A stretch of 38,642 bases of DNA, from contig JBCCQY010000079.1 of assembly GCA_039208735.1 (NCBI GenBank), forward strand, positions 1 through 38,642, in the 5' to 3' direction. This document shows, in pieces, positions 17,971 to 26,927 of this stretch (position 1 is the first letter of the stretch; the number at the start of each line of letters is the position of its first letter). The position numbers and the translations under genes were made by a program. The DNA comes from Myxococcota bacterium (GTDB lineage: Bacteria > Myxococcota_A > UBA796 > GCA-2862545). Under the pieces are notes generated by a model, which ran no database searches, was not told the DNA's origin, and saw only the letters and a program-made list of their open reading frames with translations.

Positions 17971-18347
17971 GATGCCACGGCCCCGCAGAGTTGACGCACC
18001 ACATCGAGCAACAACGGGGGGCGGCAGGGCTTCACCAACCACCCTTTGGCGCCGAGCTTCCGGGCGTACTTCACCACCTTGGGGTCCCCCTCGGTGGTCA
18101 GCATGACCACGGGGAGGTCCGACCACGACGGCGTCTCGGCGATCTGCTCCAGCAACTCGATCCCGTTCATGTTCGGCATGTTCACGTCCGAGATCAGGAC
18201 GTCGGGCAGTGGTCCATCGCGCAGCTTTTCAAGGGCATCCTCGCCGTCCTCCGCTTCGATGACCTCGAAGCCCTCCTTGGTCAGCGCGCGACCGAGTTGG
18301 CGCCGAATCGTTCGTGAATCGTCGACCACCATGACGCGGATGTCCAT
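17967..18347 (-). CDS. Single-domain response regulator (CheY-like)
   Basis: VMVVDDS, LISDVNMPNMNG, MLTTE, GAKGWLVKP; GGAGG before ATG 18347. Confidence 0.92.
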   Translation of the reverse strand: MDIRVMVVDDSRTIRRQLGRALTKEGFEVIEAEDGEDALEKLRDGPLPDVLISDVNMPNMNGIELLEQIAETPSWSDLPVVMLTTEGDPKVVKYARKLGAKGWLVKPCRPPLLLDVVRQLCGAVAS

Positions 18348-18436
18348 GCGGCGTCCTCCGCAGAGGTCGTCGGTCCATCCAAGCATGTCGCGAAGTCCGT
18401 GGGGGTCACAAGCCCGTGATCAACTCGTTGCCCACA

Positions 18437-19849
18437 TCACTTGCCACGAGCGAGTCGCATGAGCAGTGAGGGCTGCTTGGACAGCCCGAGCAGTGCGGCG
18501 ACTCGAATCGTCGGGTCGAGTGCGAAGGGCGCGGATCGGACCCCCCCATGGATCGATTGGCCGACCACGCCGCGCGCCCGCTCCAGCGGGTCCGGCAACG
18601 CAGAGGCGGCCTGCGGGTTGGCGATGTCGTGCAGCAGCAACAGTGCCATGAGGACGCGGGTTTGGTCGGGATTGAAGATCTGGATGCCAAAGGACGGGGC
18701 TCCCAGGAATCCCGCGAGGAACAATGGATGTTCCAACGAGCGCGTTTGCGTAATGCCCGCCACGTTGGCGGAGATGCGCATTGGAGCGCGGTCTGCCGCC
18801 CACGCCTCCGCCACCATCATCTTTCCGAGGTACTGCGCTGCTTGGTAGGTCGGCCCTTGCAAACCTACGATCGACCGGGCGATTTGCACCTCGTCATGTT
18901 CGTGATGGGGAATGCCGCCAAGCGCGCCTAGTCCTCGCAATGCACGCTGCCAACCGGGCACCCTTGCGGTGCGACTCGCGCGGTCCGCGCGGCATCCCGC
19001 CGAGACTTCACCTGGAGTCGTTGGAGAAACCAGGAGAATGACCGAAGCGGGGTCGGTATGGGCCGCCACTTCGTTCATCGCGGCGGTGAGTCGTAGTTCG
19101 CGTCCTCGGCCGGGCGCGTAGGCATACAGCCCGAGGTGTAGCGGGCCCGCGGACGCCTCTCGTGCGACTGCGGCTTGAATGACTGGCGTGTCCGTCAGCA
19201 GGTCATCGGCGCCCGGAACCTGCACCAGCGTGCCTGAAAAGGTGCTTGGATCAAGGTTGGGAGCTTGCCGATCCACCCACAGGACCCGGGCCCCGGCCTG
19301 CAGCAGCAGCGACGTCGGCGCGAGTTCGGCACCGGCTCCGAGCAAGGCAAATCGGAGGTCCGAAAGCACCAGAGGTTCCTGCAGCCGTTCCTCCGCCACC
19401 CATTGCAGAGCTGCGGTTCCTGCTTCGGTGATCTGGCAGGCTTCGCGTAGGCGATCGGCCAGTTCGCCAATCTGGGAGCCTGCGAACGTCTGGCCCCGCC
19501 ACGTCAGTTCCGGCACCCACCCGGGAGGGCGCGTCCCCTTGACTTCGACGGCGTCGGGGGCGGTCGTGTCATCGAACCGCTCCGCGAGGGTGGCCGAGCC
19601 GTAGTGGGTCTGTCCCGGCAGGAATGCGGCGAGGTGTCGCGCAATGGCCAGCCGATCCGGCGAAGCCGTACGGCGTGCCTCGAACGCGCCAACCACCTCG
19701 GCCCACTGGCGCTTGAAGGCCGTTCCCGAGTCGGGGATCGACAACCCTTCAAACGCCGTGGGGAACTCAGCAGCCGCATTGGCAAGAGCCGCACGAAGCA
19801 GCGTGGAACCGGTTTCCCCATCGGGAAAGGTGACAACGTCATTGGTCAT
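18437..19849 (-). CDS. Uncharacterised protein with Rossmann/SDR-like motifs
   Basis: FALLGAGAELAP...GARVLWVD, QGPTYQAAQYLGK, ISANVAGITQTRS. Start taken at ATG 19849; the longer track ORF reads through repeat DNA. Confidence 0.7.
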   Translation of the reverse strand: MTNDVVTFPDGETGSTLLRAALANAAAEFPTAFEGLSIPDSGTAFKRQWAEVVGAFEARRTASPDRLAIARHLAAFLPGQTHYGSATLAERFDDTTAPDAVEVKGTRPPGWVPELTWRGQTFAGSQIGELADRLREACQITEAGTAALQWVAEERLQEPLVLSDLRFALLGAGAELAPTSLLLQAGARVLWVDRQAPNLDPSTFSGTLVQVPGADDLLTDTPVIQAAVAREASAGPLHLGLYAYAPGRGRELRLTAAMNEVAAHTDPASVILLVSPTTPGEVSAGCRADRASRTARVPGWQRALRGLGALGGIPHHEHDEVQIARSIVGLQGPTYQAAQYLGKMMVAEAWAADRAPMRISANVAGITQTRSLEHPLFLAGFLGAPSFGIQIFNPDQTRVLMALLLLHDIANPQAASALPDPLERARGVVGQSIHGGVRSAPFALDPTIRVAALLGLSKQPSLLMRLARGK

Positions 19850-19867
19850 GGCGTCGGACGCTAGCCT

Positions 19868-20071
19868 GCACTCTGCAGGAGCGCCAGCGACGAAGAGTGC
19901 AACCGTGCGTAGCCCCTGCAGGCGCGAAGCGCCGCGCACTCTGCAGGAGCGCCAGCGACGAAGAGTGCAACCGTGCGTAGCCCCTGCAGGCGCGAAGCGC
20001 CGAAGGGCAGCACGGCAACCAATTCCCAGAAGCGCACAACCCTGCAACGGAGCGCCGAAGGGCAGCACGGC
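19868..20071. repeat. Cluster of REP-like palindromic units with a 67-bp exact tandem duplication
   Basis: GCACTCTGCAGGAGCGCCAGCGACGAAGAGTGCAACCGTGCGTAGCCCCTGCAGGCGCGAAGCGCCG at 19868-19934 and 19936-20002; AGCGCCGAAGGGCAGCACGGC at 19996-20016 and 20051-20071. Confidence 0.9.
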
Positions 20072-20124
20072 GCCGCAATCTCCCCAGTGCGCGGCCCCAC
20101 GTACCTCGCTACGCTCGTCGGACG

Positions 20125-20574
20125 ATGGATCCTCTCGACCAACGCCGTACCCACATCGTGGCCCGGCTCGTGACCCGCCTGAGTCGTGCACTACAGGCCG
20201 ACACCATCCAATTTCTAAGACAACGAGGCTACCCCGTGACGTTGGCCCACAACCAGGTGCTCATCCCGCTTGATCAGCGGGGCACCCGGATTTCGGAGCT
20301 CGCCCGTCGCGCGTCCATCTCAGCCCAGGCCATCGGTAAGTTGGTGGATGAACTCACCACGTTGGGCCTGGTGCGTCGGGAGGTGGATCCGGAGGACCGC
20401 CGAGCCCGAATTGTCACCTTCACCGACGAAGGGCGCACCCTCCTCACCACCGCGCTGGCTCACCTCGAAGGGCAACACGACCGCATTGCCGAGTTGATCG
20501 GGGCAGAACGGTTCGATCGCTTTGCTGAAGATCTGGCCCGCGTCGCGAGCGCCTTCGACCCTGAGGGGTTCTGA
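20125..20574 (+). CDS. MarR family transcriptional regulator
   Basis: GTRISELARRASISAQAIGKLVDELTTLGLVRREVDPEDRRARIVTFTDEG. Confidence 0.92.
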   Translation: MDPLDQRRTHIVARLVTRLSRALQADTIQFLRQRGYPVTLAHNQVLIPLDQRGTRISELARRASISAQAIGKLVDELTTLGLVRREVDPEDRRARIVTFTDEGRTLLTTALAHLEGQHDRIAELIGAERFDRFAEDLARVASAFDPEGF

Positions 20575-21209
20575 TGGCCTCCGTCGTCTTCCTGTTTGCA
20601 CCGGGCGCGGGCCTTCCGAGCGATTCACCGTGGATGACCCGGTGGGCGGGCTACTTGGAACCGTTCGGCTCCGTCGTGCGGTTCGACTATCCCTACCGCC
20701 TCGCCGGCAAGCAACGCCCCGATCGACTCCCCGTGCTCATCGAACACCATCAGCGGATGCTCGACGACGTCCGATCCACGTATTCAGACCGTTCCATCGT
20801 CCTGGTCGGAAAATCCATGGGGTCGAGGGTGGGGTGTCACGTGGCCACCCAGACCGAGGTTCACGCTGTGGTCTGTCTCGGGTATCCGCTTCTCGGAGGG
20901 GGGCGTCCCGACAAGCGAAGAGACCAGGTTCTTCGAGAACTTCGAACACCGATTCAATTCATCCAAGGCACCCGTGACCGGCTCTGTCCCCTCGAAGACC
21001 TGGAAATTTTGCGGGGGGAACTGCAAGCGCCAAGCGCCCTTCACATCGTCGAAACCGGCGATCATTCCCTGATGATGACCAAGACCTACCAGAAACAGAC
21101 CGGAATGACACAGGCAGCGGCTGAGGCGATGGCTGTCGACCAAATCTTTGGTTTTATCAACCGTTTACCAACGCCTGCTGAGGGAGCCCGCGCCGCAACG
21201 ACCCATTAG
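20574..21209 (+). CDS. Alpha/beta hydrolase (KANL3/Tex30-like)
   Basis: LFAPGAG, RFDYPY, GKSMGSR, LGYPL, QGTRD, GDHS. Confidence 0.88.
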   Translation: MASVVFLFAPGAGLPSDSPWMTRWAGYLEPFGSVVRFDYPYRLAGKQRPDRLPVLIEHHQRMLDDVRSTYSDRSIVLVGKSMGSRVGCHVATQTEVHAVVCLGYPLLGGGRPDKRRDQVLRELRTPIQFIQGTRDRLCPLEDLEILRGELQAPSALHIVETGDHSLMMTKTYQKQTGMTQAAAEAMAVDQIFGFINRLPTPAEGARAATTH

Positions 21210-21230
21210 GTTCTCGGGCGGAGGTTCTCG

Positions 21231-21953
21231 ATGAGTTCAGCATACGGCGACCCCTACGACGTCATTCCCGTCGTCGAGGCCGAAGAATCGGCCCGAATTG
21301 CCTACATGCGGCAGCTTGGTATCTACACGTTCGGTTCGTTGGTCATCACAGGCATCGCGGCCGTGTTGATGATGGGCGCGCTCGACTCCATTCCGGCGCT
21401 TCGCGGGCGCATCCCGAGCCTCGTCATCATGCTCGGGGGCATCTACGGCGCCCAATTTGTCGGCAACTCGCTGACGTTGTCACCCAACGCAGGCACCCGT
21501 TGGATGGGCTACCTCGTGGCGCCCGCTCTCGCGGGGGCGGCCTTGTCCTACCTGCTCTACATCGCGGTGGCGGTCGGCGCGCAGTCCGGCAACCCCCTTG
21601 AAATCATTGGCCAGGCGGGTGCATTGACCGGCCTTACGGTCTTCGGCATGGTGGCTTACTTGCTCTCCGGGCCCCGGCAGCTCAACTTCCTCGCCGCTGG
21701 CCTTTCCATGCTCTTCCTGCCTATGCTCGGGCTCATGGCGCTGACGGTCGTATTCCCTGTCGGCGGCGTATTCGGCATGATCATTTCGGCCGTGTTCGTC
21801 GTGGTGTCAGCCGCAGGCCTGCTCTACACGCTCAACCAGGTCCTGCATGAGTACAGCACCGACATGGTTTTGCCTGGCGCGACCCGCGTGGCCATCGGCA
21901 TTGTCGTGGTGTTCTGGAACATCCTGTCGCTCATCTTGAGCAGCCGGGACTGA
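21231..21953 (+). CDS. Bax inhibitor-1/YccA family membrane protein
   Basis: About seven TM helices, RIAYMRQLGIYTF, LLYTLNQVLH, VFWNILSLILSSRD; GGAGG RBS. Confidence 0.8.
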   Translation: MSSAYGDPYDVIPVVEAEESARIAYMRQLGIYTFGSLVITGIAAVLMMGALDSIPALRGRIPSLVIMLGGIYGAQFVGNSLTLSPNAGTRWMGYLVAPALAGAALSYLLYIAVAVGAQSGNPLEIIGQAGALTGLTVFGMVAYLLSGPRQLNFLAAGLSMLFLPMLGLMALTVVFPVGGVFGMIISAVFVVVSAAGLLYTLNQVLHEYSTDMVLPGATRVAIGIVVVFWNILSLILSSRD

Positions 21954-21967
21954 CAAGCCCCCTCGGG

Positions 21968-23008
21968 TCACGCAGCCTTCGCCCCGGCGTCGGCCTGCGC
22001 GACCCGCGGGTTCATGAGCGCAAAGAACAACGGCGGCACGAAGCTGATGAGCACCATCGTGGCGTAGCCGAGCGGCAACTGAGGCGAGTCGTCCACAAAG
22101 GCCCGCAGCTGATGGTAGGGCCGGCTTGCCCAGGCGTGATGGTCTGAGTGCCGCTGCAGATTGAACAGGTACCAGTTCGTGACCCGAAACGTGCTGTTCC
22201 ACGAGTGTCGCGGCTGCACGCGGACCGGCCGGCCATCAGGCCCCGTCTCTCGCACGAGCCCGTAGTGCTCGACGTAGTTGATGGTCTCAAGCAGGGCCGA
22301 GGCGACCAAGCCTTGCAGCGCAAAGAACACCATGCCGAGCCACCCAAAGACAGCTCCCACCAGCGCGTACGCCACGATCAGCAGCAACGCATGCCGCACC
22401 CGGCGGTCGGCCAACGTCCAGGCCACCCCGCGGCGCTCCACGCGCTCGGTTTCTAGCCGCCACGCAGAGGCCAAGCCTCCGAGCATCGACCGAGGCACGA
22501 ACGCATAGAGGCTCTCGCCATACCTTGAGGTGGCAGGGTCCGCGGCCGTGGCGACGTTGCGATGGTGCCCCAGCACGTGTTCGACACAGAACCACGTGTA
22601 CGAGACACTGGTCATGAGTACCTCGGCAAGGCCCTGCTCGAGCCGGGGCTTGCGATGCATCATCTCGTGCGCCACGTTGATGCCCCCGCTCCCCGTGATC
22701 AGAGCAAGGGAAAACACAAGGCCCACGCCCTCAACCAGCGTGCCCCCCTGTGTCAATCGCCACAGCCCCAGTGCGATCGAACCGAGCTGCACGGGGACCC
22801 AAAGCCACAAGGCCAGATCGTAGGCGAATTGACGACCGTCCTTCACCGCCGGCGGGTCGTCCACATCGTGGCCCAGTAGGAGGTCGAACAGGGGAATCGC
22901 AATGAACACCACGGCGGGAACCAGCCAGGTGAATGCCCCCCCGTAGGCGACGGCGAGCCCGAAACACGCCGGGACCACGAACGACAGGTAGAAGGGCAAC
23001 GCCCTCAT
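21968..23008 (-). CDS. alkB: Alkane 1-monooxygenase (AlkB-type membrane di-iron hydroxylase)
   Basis: His boxes HEMMHR, EHVLGHH, NYVEHYG, LQRHSDHHA; ATG 23008 overlaps the TetR stop, with GAGGAGG upstream. Confidence 0.93.
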   Translation of the reverse strand: MRALPFYLSFVVPACFGLAVAYGGAFTWLVPAVVFIAIPLFDLLLGHDVDDPPAVKDGRQFAYDLALWLWVPVQLGSIALGLWRLTQGGTLVEGVGLVFSLALITGSGGINVAHEMMHRKPRLEQGLAEVLMTSVSYTWFCVEHVLGHHRNVATAADPATSRYGESLYAFVPRSMLGGLASAWRLETERVERRGVAWTLADRRVRHALLLIVAYALVGAVFGWLGMVFFALQGLVASALLETINYVEHYGLVRETGPDGRPVRVQPRHSWNSTFRVTNWYLFNLQRHSDHHAWASRPYHQLRAFVDDSPQLPLGYATMVLISFVPPLFFALMNPRVAQADAGAKAA

Positions 23009-23613
23009 GAGACCTCCTCGGTCAAGAACAGGGTTGTGGCCAACGTTGCCGTACGTGACGGGTCCGCGGGCCCCCAAAGCGCCGCTCGCACGTCATCGGA
23101 CGCGGCATGCGCAATCAGTTCACTCGCCGCCACCTGGAGCACCGCGTGGCGCACCAACAGACCCGGCCGCAATGCACCGTCACCCTCACGCTCGATGAAC
23201 CGCACGACGGCATCGAGAAGCGGCGTGACCTGATCGATGAGAATGGCCTGCCCAGGACCAGTGTTCCCCGTCATCTCTTGCACGACGATGCGCGCATCGG
23301 ACGGGTGACCCGCGATGTAGCTGGCGTAGGTCAATGCGACGCCTCGCAAACGCTCGGCGAAGGCTCCCTCACGAGCCATCACCTCGCCAAGTGCATCCCC
23401 CAGGCGGGAAAAGGTCCGTCGCACCACGGCTTCGTAAAGGACTTGCTTGGTCGCAAAGTGGTAGAGCAGGCTCGGCCGTTTGACCTCCGCCCCTGCGGCA
23501 ATCTCGGCCAGACGTGCCCCTACAAACCCATCCCGCGCAAACACCTCGGTGGCCGCATCGAGGATGCGTTCTGGCGTCGCGGGACGACTGGGGTCAACGG
23601 GAGGACGTGCCAT
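23005..23613 (-). CDS. TetR/AcrR family regulator
   Basis: ERILDAATEVFARDGFVGARLAEIAAGAEVKRPSLLYHFATKQVLY. Confidence 0.93.
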   Translation of the reverse strand: MARPPVDPSRPATPERILDAATEVFARDGFVGARLAEIAAGAEVKRPSLLYHFATKQVLYEAVVRRTFSRLGDALGEVMAREGAFAERLRGVALTYASYIAGHPSDARIVVQEMTGNTGPGQAILIDQVTPLLDAVVRFIEREGDGALRPGLLVRHAVLQVAASELIAHAASDDVRAALWGPADPSRTATLATTLFLTEEVS

Positions 23614-23619
23614 GCCCGA

Positions 23620-23649
23620 AGGTTATCTACTCGTGAGTAGATTTGTCCA
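23620..23649 (-). promoter_or_regulatory. Sigma70-type promoter of tetR-alkB with palindromic operator
   Basis: Minus strand TGGACA-18nt-TAACCT-6nt-ATG; inverted repeat ATCTACTC-GT-GAGTAGAT at 23625-23642 fills the spacer. Confidence 0.7.
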
Positions 23650-23731
23650 GCCATCATCCGACAACAGCCAGAACGGCGCACCAAACCTTGCTGATGCACC
23701 TTCAAGCACGGATCGTAGCGAACCGAAAGGC

Positions 23732-25114
23732 CTACGCCTTGAGGCGCTCTTCGAACTCGGCGAGCGCCACCAATCGCTCAATAATCAGCGTTTCCTGGTG
23801 GCGATAGCTCATTTCCTGGCCCATCGGCACAAGCCACGACAGGGAATGCTGGCGACAGGTGACCCGCAAGGCCTCGAAGTCCTCGATGAGGTGGTCGAGA
23901 TCGGTGCGTTCTTCGGCAGAAAACCCCTCCACAGGGTGTTCCTTCACCTTCTCGGACACGGCCGTACCAAACAGGGCCTGCAGGCGGTTTTCGAGGCCTA
24001 CCCGCAAGGCATCGATGCGCCACAGGCGAAACTTGTGGCCCAGGGTCATGAGGTTCAGCAGCACACTGACGGCCAGCGACAGCTGAATGAGGTTGGCCAT
24101 CGGAATCACGTTGGCCAGCCACGGCACATAACGGTCGAGAAGCTCGGGCCCCCCGTTGGCAAAGTAGACCTGTGCGGGCTCACTTTCGGGGAGACCCGAC
24201 TGGTTGGGCGTCCGATTGTTGTGCGCGACAAGGTCCGGGTACACCGACTCGAGCAGGGTCAGCACCCCCATCGTCTCCGCGCGAGAGGCACAGCCGTTGC
24301 CAACCAGCAAGGTGTCGACGACCAGCACGTTGCGGGGCTCTTGTGGCAACACCAAGAAGGGGTCGTAGAACCCCGCCGGCATCACCTCAGAGCGAACGAT
24401 GGGCAAATGCTCTGCGATGGAGCGCGCATGCTTGAAGCTCGCGATGGTAAGCCCTTCTTCGCGGACCGCGCGATCGATCGCCTGGGCGTTGGCCATGATG
24501 ACGAAAACGCCCAGATCGAGCGTGCCCGCCTTGAGCTGGCTCAGCTGGTCCGCGATGGGCATGTTGACCAGCGTCACATCAAGGTTCTGCAACCCCCGGG
24601 AAGCGAACAGCTGGCGGGCGAGAGAGTCGGTTCCGCTACCCTCTGGACCGATGCCGATGCGACGCCCGGTGAGGTCCGCAACCACTTCGATCGTGTTGGC
24701 CTGTTGGCCCAAGAAAAGGACCGTCTCAGGCCGGGGCAATCGGGCCACCAAATCGAGCCCCGCATCATCGGGCCAGGGAAGCCCATCCTGGGCCAGGCCA
24801 AACTTGACGTCGCACGAGGCTTGAGCCGCAGCGAGCTGCTGGACGTTGTCGATGGAACCCCGGGTCGACACGTTATCGACCATGCCGTCGTGGTCTTCGG
24901 CCTCTTGAGCCATTCGGTCGACCACCGCGTGGTAGTTGCCCTGCTCCGAGCCCGACAGCACGCGCACGTCGACGTGAGCCAGGTCCGGATCGAGATCTAC
25001 CACCGCAAAACCAACCGCTAACGCAGCAAATGCGGCTAAAACAAGCACACCACGCACCCAGGGATTGTCCAGGGGGCTCCGCTCACGCGCGGATGCACGG
25101 GACTTCGCAGCCAT
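23732..25114 (-). CDS. TAXI family TRAP solute-binding protein with C-terminal extension (start uncertain)
   Basis: SGSEQGNYH, STRGSIDNV, GLAQDG, DLTGRRIGIGPEGSGT; N-terminal TM and a further hydrophobic segment near the C-terminus. Confidence 0.8.
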   Translation of the reverse strand: MAAKSRASARERSPLDNPWVRGVLVLAAFAALAVGFAVVDLDPDLAHVDVRVLSGSEQGNYHAVVDRMAQEAEDHDGMVDNVSTRGSIDNVQQLAAAQASCDVKFGLAQDGLPWPDDAGLDLVARLPRPETVLFLGQQANTIEVVADLTGRRIGIGPEGSGTDSLARQLFASRGLQNLDVTLVNMPIADQLSQLKAGTLDLGVFVIMANAQAIDRAVREEGLTIASFKHARSIAEHLPIVRSEVMPAGFYDPFLVLPQEPRNVLVVDTLLVGNGCASRAETMGVLTLLESVYPDLVAHNNRTPNQSGLPESEPAQVYFANGGPELLDRYVPWLANVIPMANLIQLSLAVSVLLNLMTLGHKFRLWRIDALRVGLENRLQALFGTAVSEKVKEHPVEGFSAEERTDLDHLIEDFEALRVTCRQHSLSWLVPMGQEMSYRHQETLIIERLVALAEFEERLKA

Positions 25115-25203
25115 CGAGCCAGACCTCCTCGCGACCACCATGCGGCCAGGTCCGACCGTTCCTACCACGGACAGCTCGCTCGAGGTGAGGTAAGCGCCCT
25201 CGC

Positions 25204-25941
25204 ATGGATCGCACGCCCTACACCCCTACCGGTCGGGTCGACGACCTGAAATGCCCCCGTTGTAGCGCTGTAATTTCGGCGAACGATGTCAATGTGGACC
25301 TGATGGTAGCGCTCTGCCGTAGCTGCAATGGCACCGTCGAGCTCGCAAGGGCCCAACCACGGGCGTCTCAACGCGAGCGGCCGCCCGACGCACTGCTGGA
25401 ACTCATGGCACCCCCAAGGGGTCTCATGGTGCGAGAAGAAGGGGAGACCCTAATCATTCGCTGGCGTTGGTTCGAGTGGAGTGCCTCGCTGCTCTTCGTC
25501 GGTTTCTTCACGGTGTTTTGGAACGGCTTCCTTGTCTTCTGGTACGCCATCGCACTGTCGAACCTTGGGCAGGGGGGCCTTTGCATGGCGGTGTTCCCGG
25601 TCCTTCATGTCGCAACGGGCATCGGCCTTGCCTACTGGCTGATCGCACGTTTGGTCAACGTCACCCAGGTCTCGGTCACTCCCACCCATCTGACGGTGGC
25701 CCACGGTCCCCTTTGGTGGCCATCACCTGAACCGGTTCCCGTACGCTCGATCGACCAGCTCTTCGTGATTCAGGAAGACGGATCGCCTGCGACCTACAGC
25801 GTCGCGGCACGGCGTCCCAACCGTACTCAGCTAGTGCTCTTCGGTGTCTCAAACGACCTGTGGGCACGCTTCTTGGAACAACGTCTCGAGGCCCATCTCG
25901 GGTTCACCGACGAGCCCGTACAAGGGGAGTACGCGCCTTAA
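25204..25941 (+). CDS. Hypothetical membrane protein with N-terminal zinc ribbon
   Basis: CPRC...CRSC, two TM helices (FFTVFWNGFLVFWY; FPVLHVATGIGLAYW), beta-rich C-terminus. Confidence 0.7.
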   Translation: MDRTPYTPTGRVDDLKCPRCSAVISANDVNVDLMVALCRSCNGTVELARAQPRASQRERPPDALLELMAPPRGLMVREEGETLIIRWRWFEWSASLLFVGFFTVFWNGFLVFWYAIALSNLGQGGLCMAVFPVLHVATGIGLAYWLIARLVNVTQVSVTPTHLTVAHGPLWWPSPEPVPVRSIDQLFVIQEDGSPATYSVAARRPNRTQLVLFGVSNDLWARFLEQRLEAHLGFTDEPVQGEYAP

Positions 25942-26441
25942 TCGTCAGCATCCGCCGGTCGGGCAAGCGCGCGCCACTCCGGGGGCAACGCACGTCCGAT
26001 GATGCGCTCAGCGGTCTCGGCCGGAGGCGACACGTAGGTTGCCGTCGCCGACATCAACCGTTTACCGTCCTGCATCAGGTCAATCCGGACGATCGTTTGT
26101 GCCCCGTTCGTCTCGGTGATGCGGCCCCGAGCCTCGATGGGCTCAGCCATCCGAGCCGGTCGCAAGTACCGCAGCTGCATGGAGCTGGTAAAGCCGAAGT
26201 AGCCCCGAAGCCCCACCACGGTCCATGCGCCAACCTCATCGGCCAAGGTCGCTTGCAATCCGCCGTGCAGAATGCCCGGAGGACCATCCCAGCCGTCGCG
26301 AGCGGTAAACGTTGTCGTCACGGTGTCTCCCACGCGCTCAAACCGCAACTGCATGCCCACGCCATTGCGCGGACCACAGCCGAAGCACGCTTGGTCTTCA
26401 CCAAAAATCAGGGGATCGATGGGAATCGCTTCGTCGGGCAT
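25938..26441 (-). CDS. PaaI family thioesterase
   Basis: CFGCGPRNGVGMQL, GPPGILHGGLQATLADE, LRYLRP. Confidence 0.88.
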   Translation of the reverse strand: MPDEAIPIDPLIFGEDQACFGCGPRNGVGMQLRFERVGDTVTTTFTARDGWDGPPGILHGGLQATLADEVGAWTVVGLRGYFGFTSSMQLRYLRPARMAEPIEARGRITETNGAQTIVRIDLMQDGKRLMSATATYVSPPAETAERIIGRALPPEWRALARPADADD

Positions 26442-26528
26442 GGCATCTCCAGCTCCGCAGAGTGCATGGGCACCGACGACAGATCAATCCAATTCAATAG
26501 AAAGAGCTTGTGAAGAGGAGGAGGGAAC

Positions 26529-26927
26529 ATGATCACGCTGCTCATGGGCTCAGCTTTGGCGTTCGACGTCATCGTGACGGACATTGAAGGTCCAGGCACC
26601 ATCGGATGCGCGGCGTTCCGCGTCGAAAATGGTTTTCCCGGCGACCCCACCCAAGCCATCGCGCTGGATCAGGTCAAGGCAAGTGCCGCCGTCGATGGCA
26701 AAGTCACCTGCCGCTTTCCAAAGCTCACGGAAGGCAAGATCGGGGTGGCCGTCCGTCATGACCGCAACGAAAACGGAAAGCTCGACAGCAATCTCGTCGG
26801 CTTTCCAAAGGAACCCTTCGGCTTTTCCCGAAATGCACCCCTGCGCACGTTCGGTCCGCCAAAGTTCGAAGACGTCCTGGTTGACGTCACCGCAAGCCCC
26901 ATCACCATCCGCCTGGTGAAGCCCTGA
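26529..26927 (+). CDS. DUF2141 domain secreted protein
   Basis: VAVRHDRNENGKLDSNLVGFPKEPFGFSRN, FGPPKFED; strong RBS GAGGAGG. Confidence 0.88.
   Translation: MITLLMGSALAFDVIVTDIEGPGTIGCAAFRVENGFPGDPTQAIALDQVKASAAVDGKVTCRFPKLTEGKIGVAVRHDRNENGKLDSNLVGFPKEPFGFSRNAPLRTFGPPKFEDVLVDVTASPITIRLVKP

Noticed and set aside
19868..20071. Repeats as a CRISPR array
   Set aside because: Units are directly tandem without unique spacers, copies are few, and no cas genes are present.
19850..20191. N-terminal extension of the 584-aa track ORF
   Set aside because: It translates the palindromic repeats and overlaps marR; ATG 19849 is the more plausible start.
26470..26515. Locally AT-rich stretch as a foreign insertion or operator
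   Set aside because: Short divergent promoter region; I found no convincing repeat or element ends.
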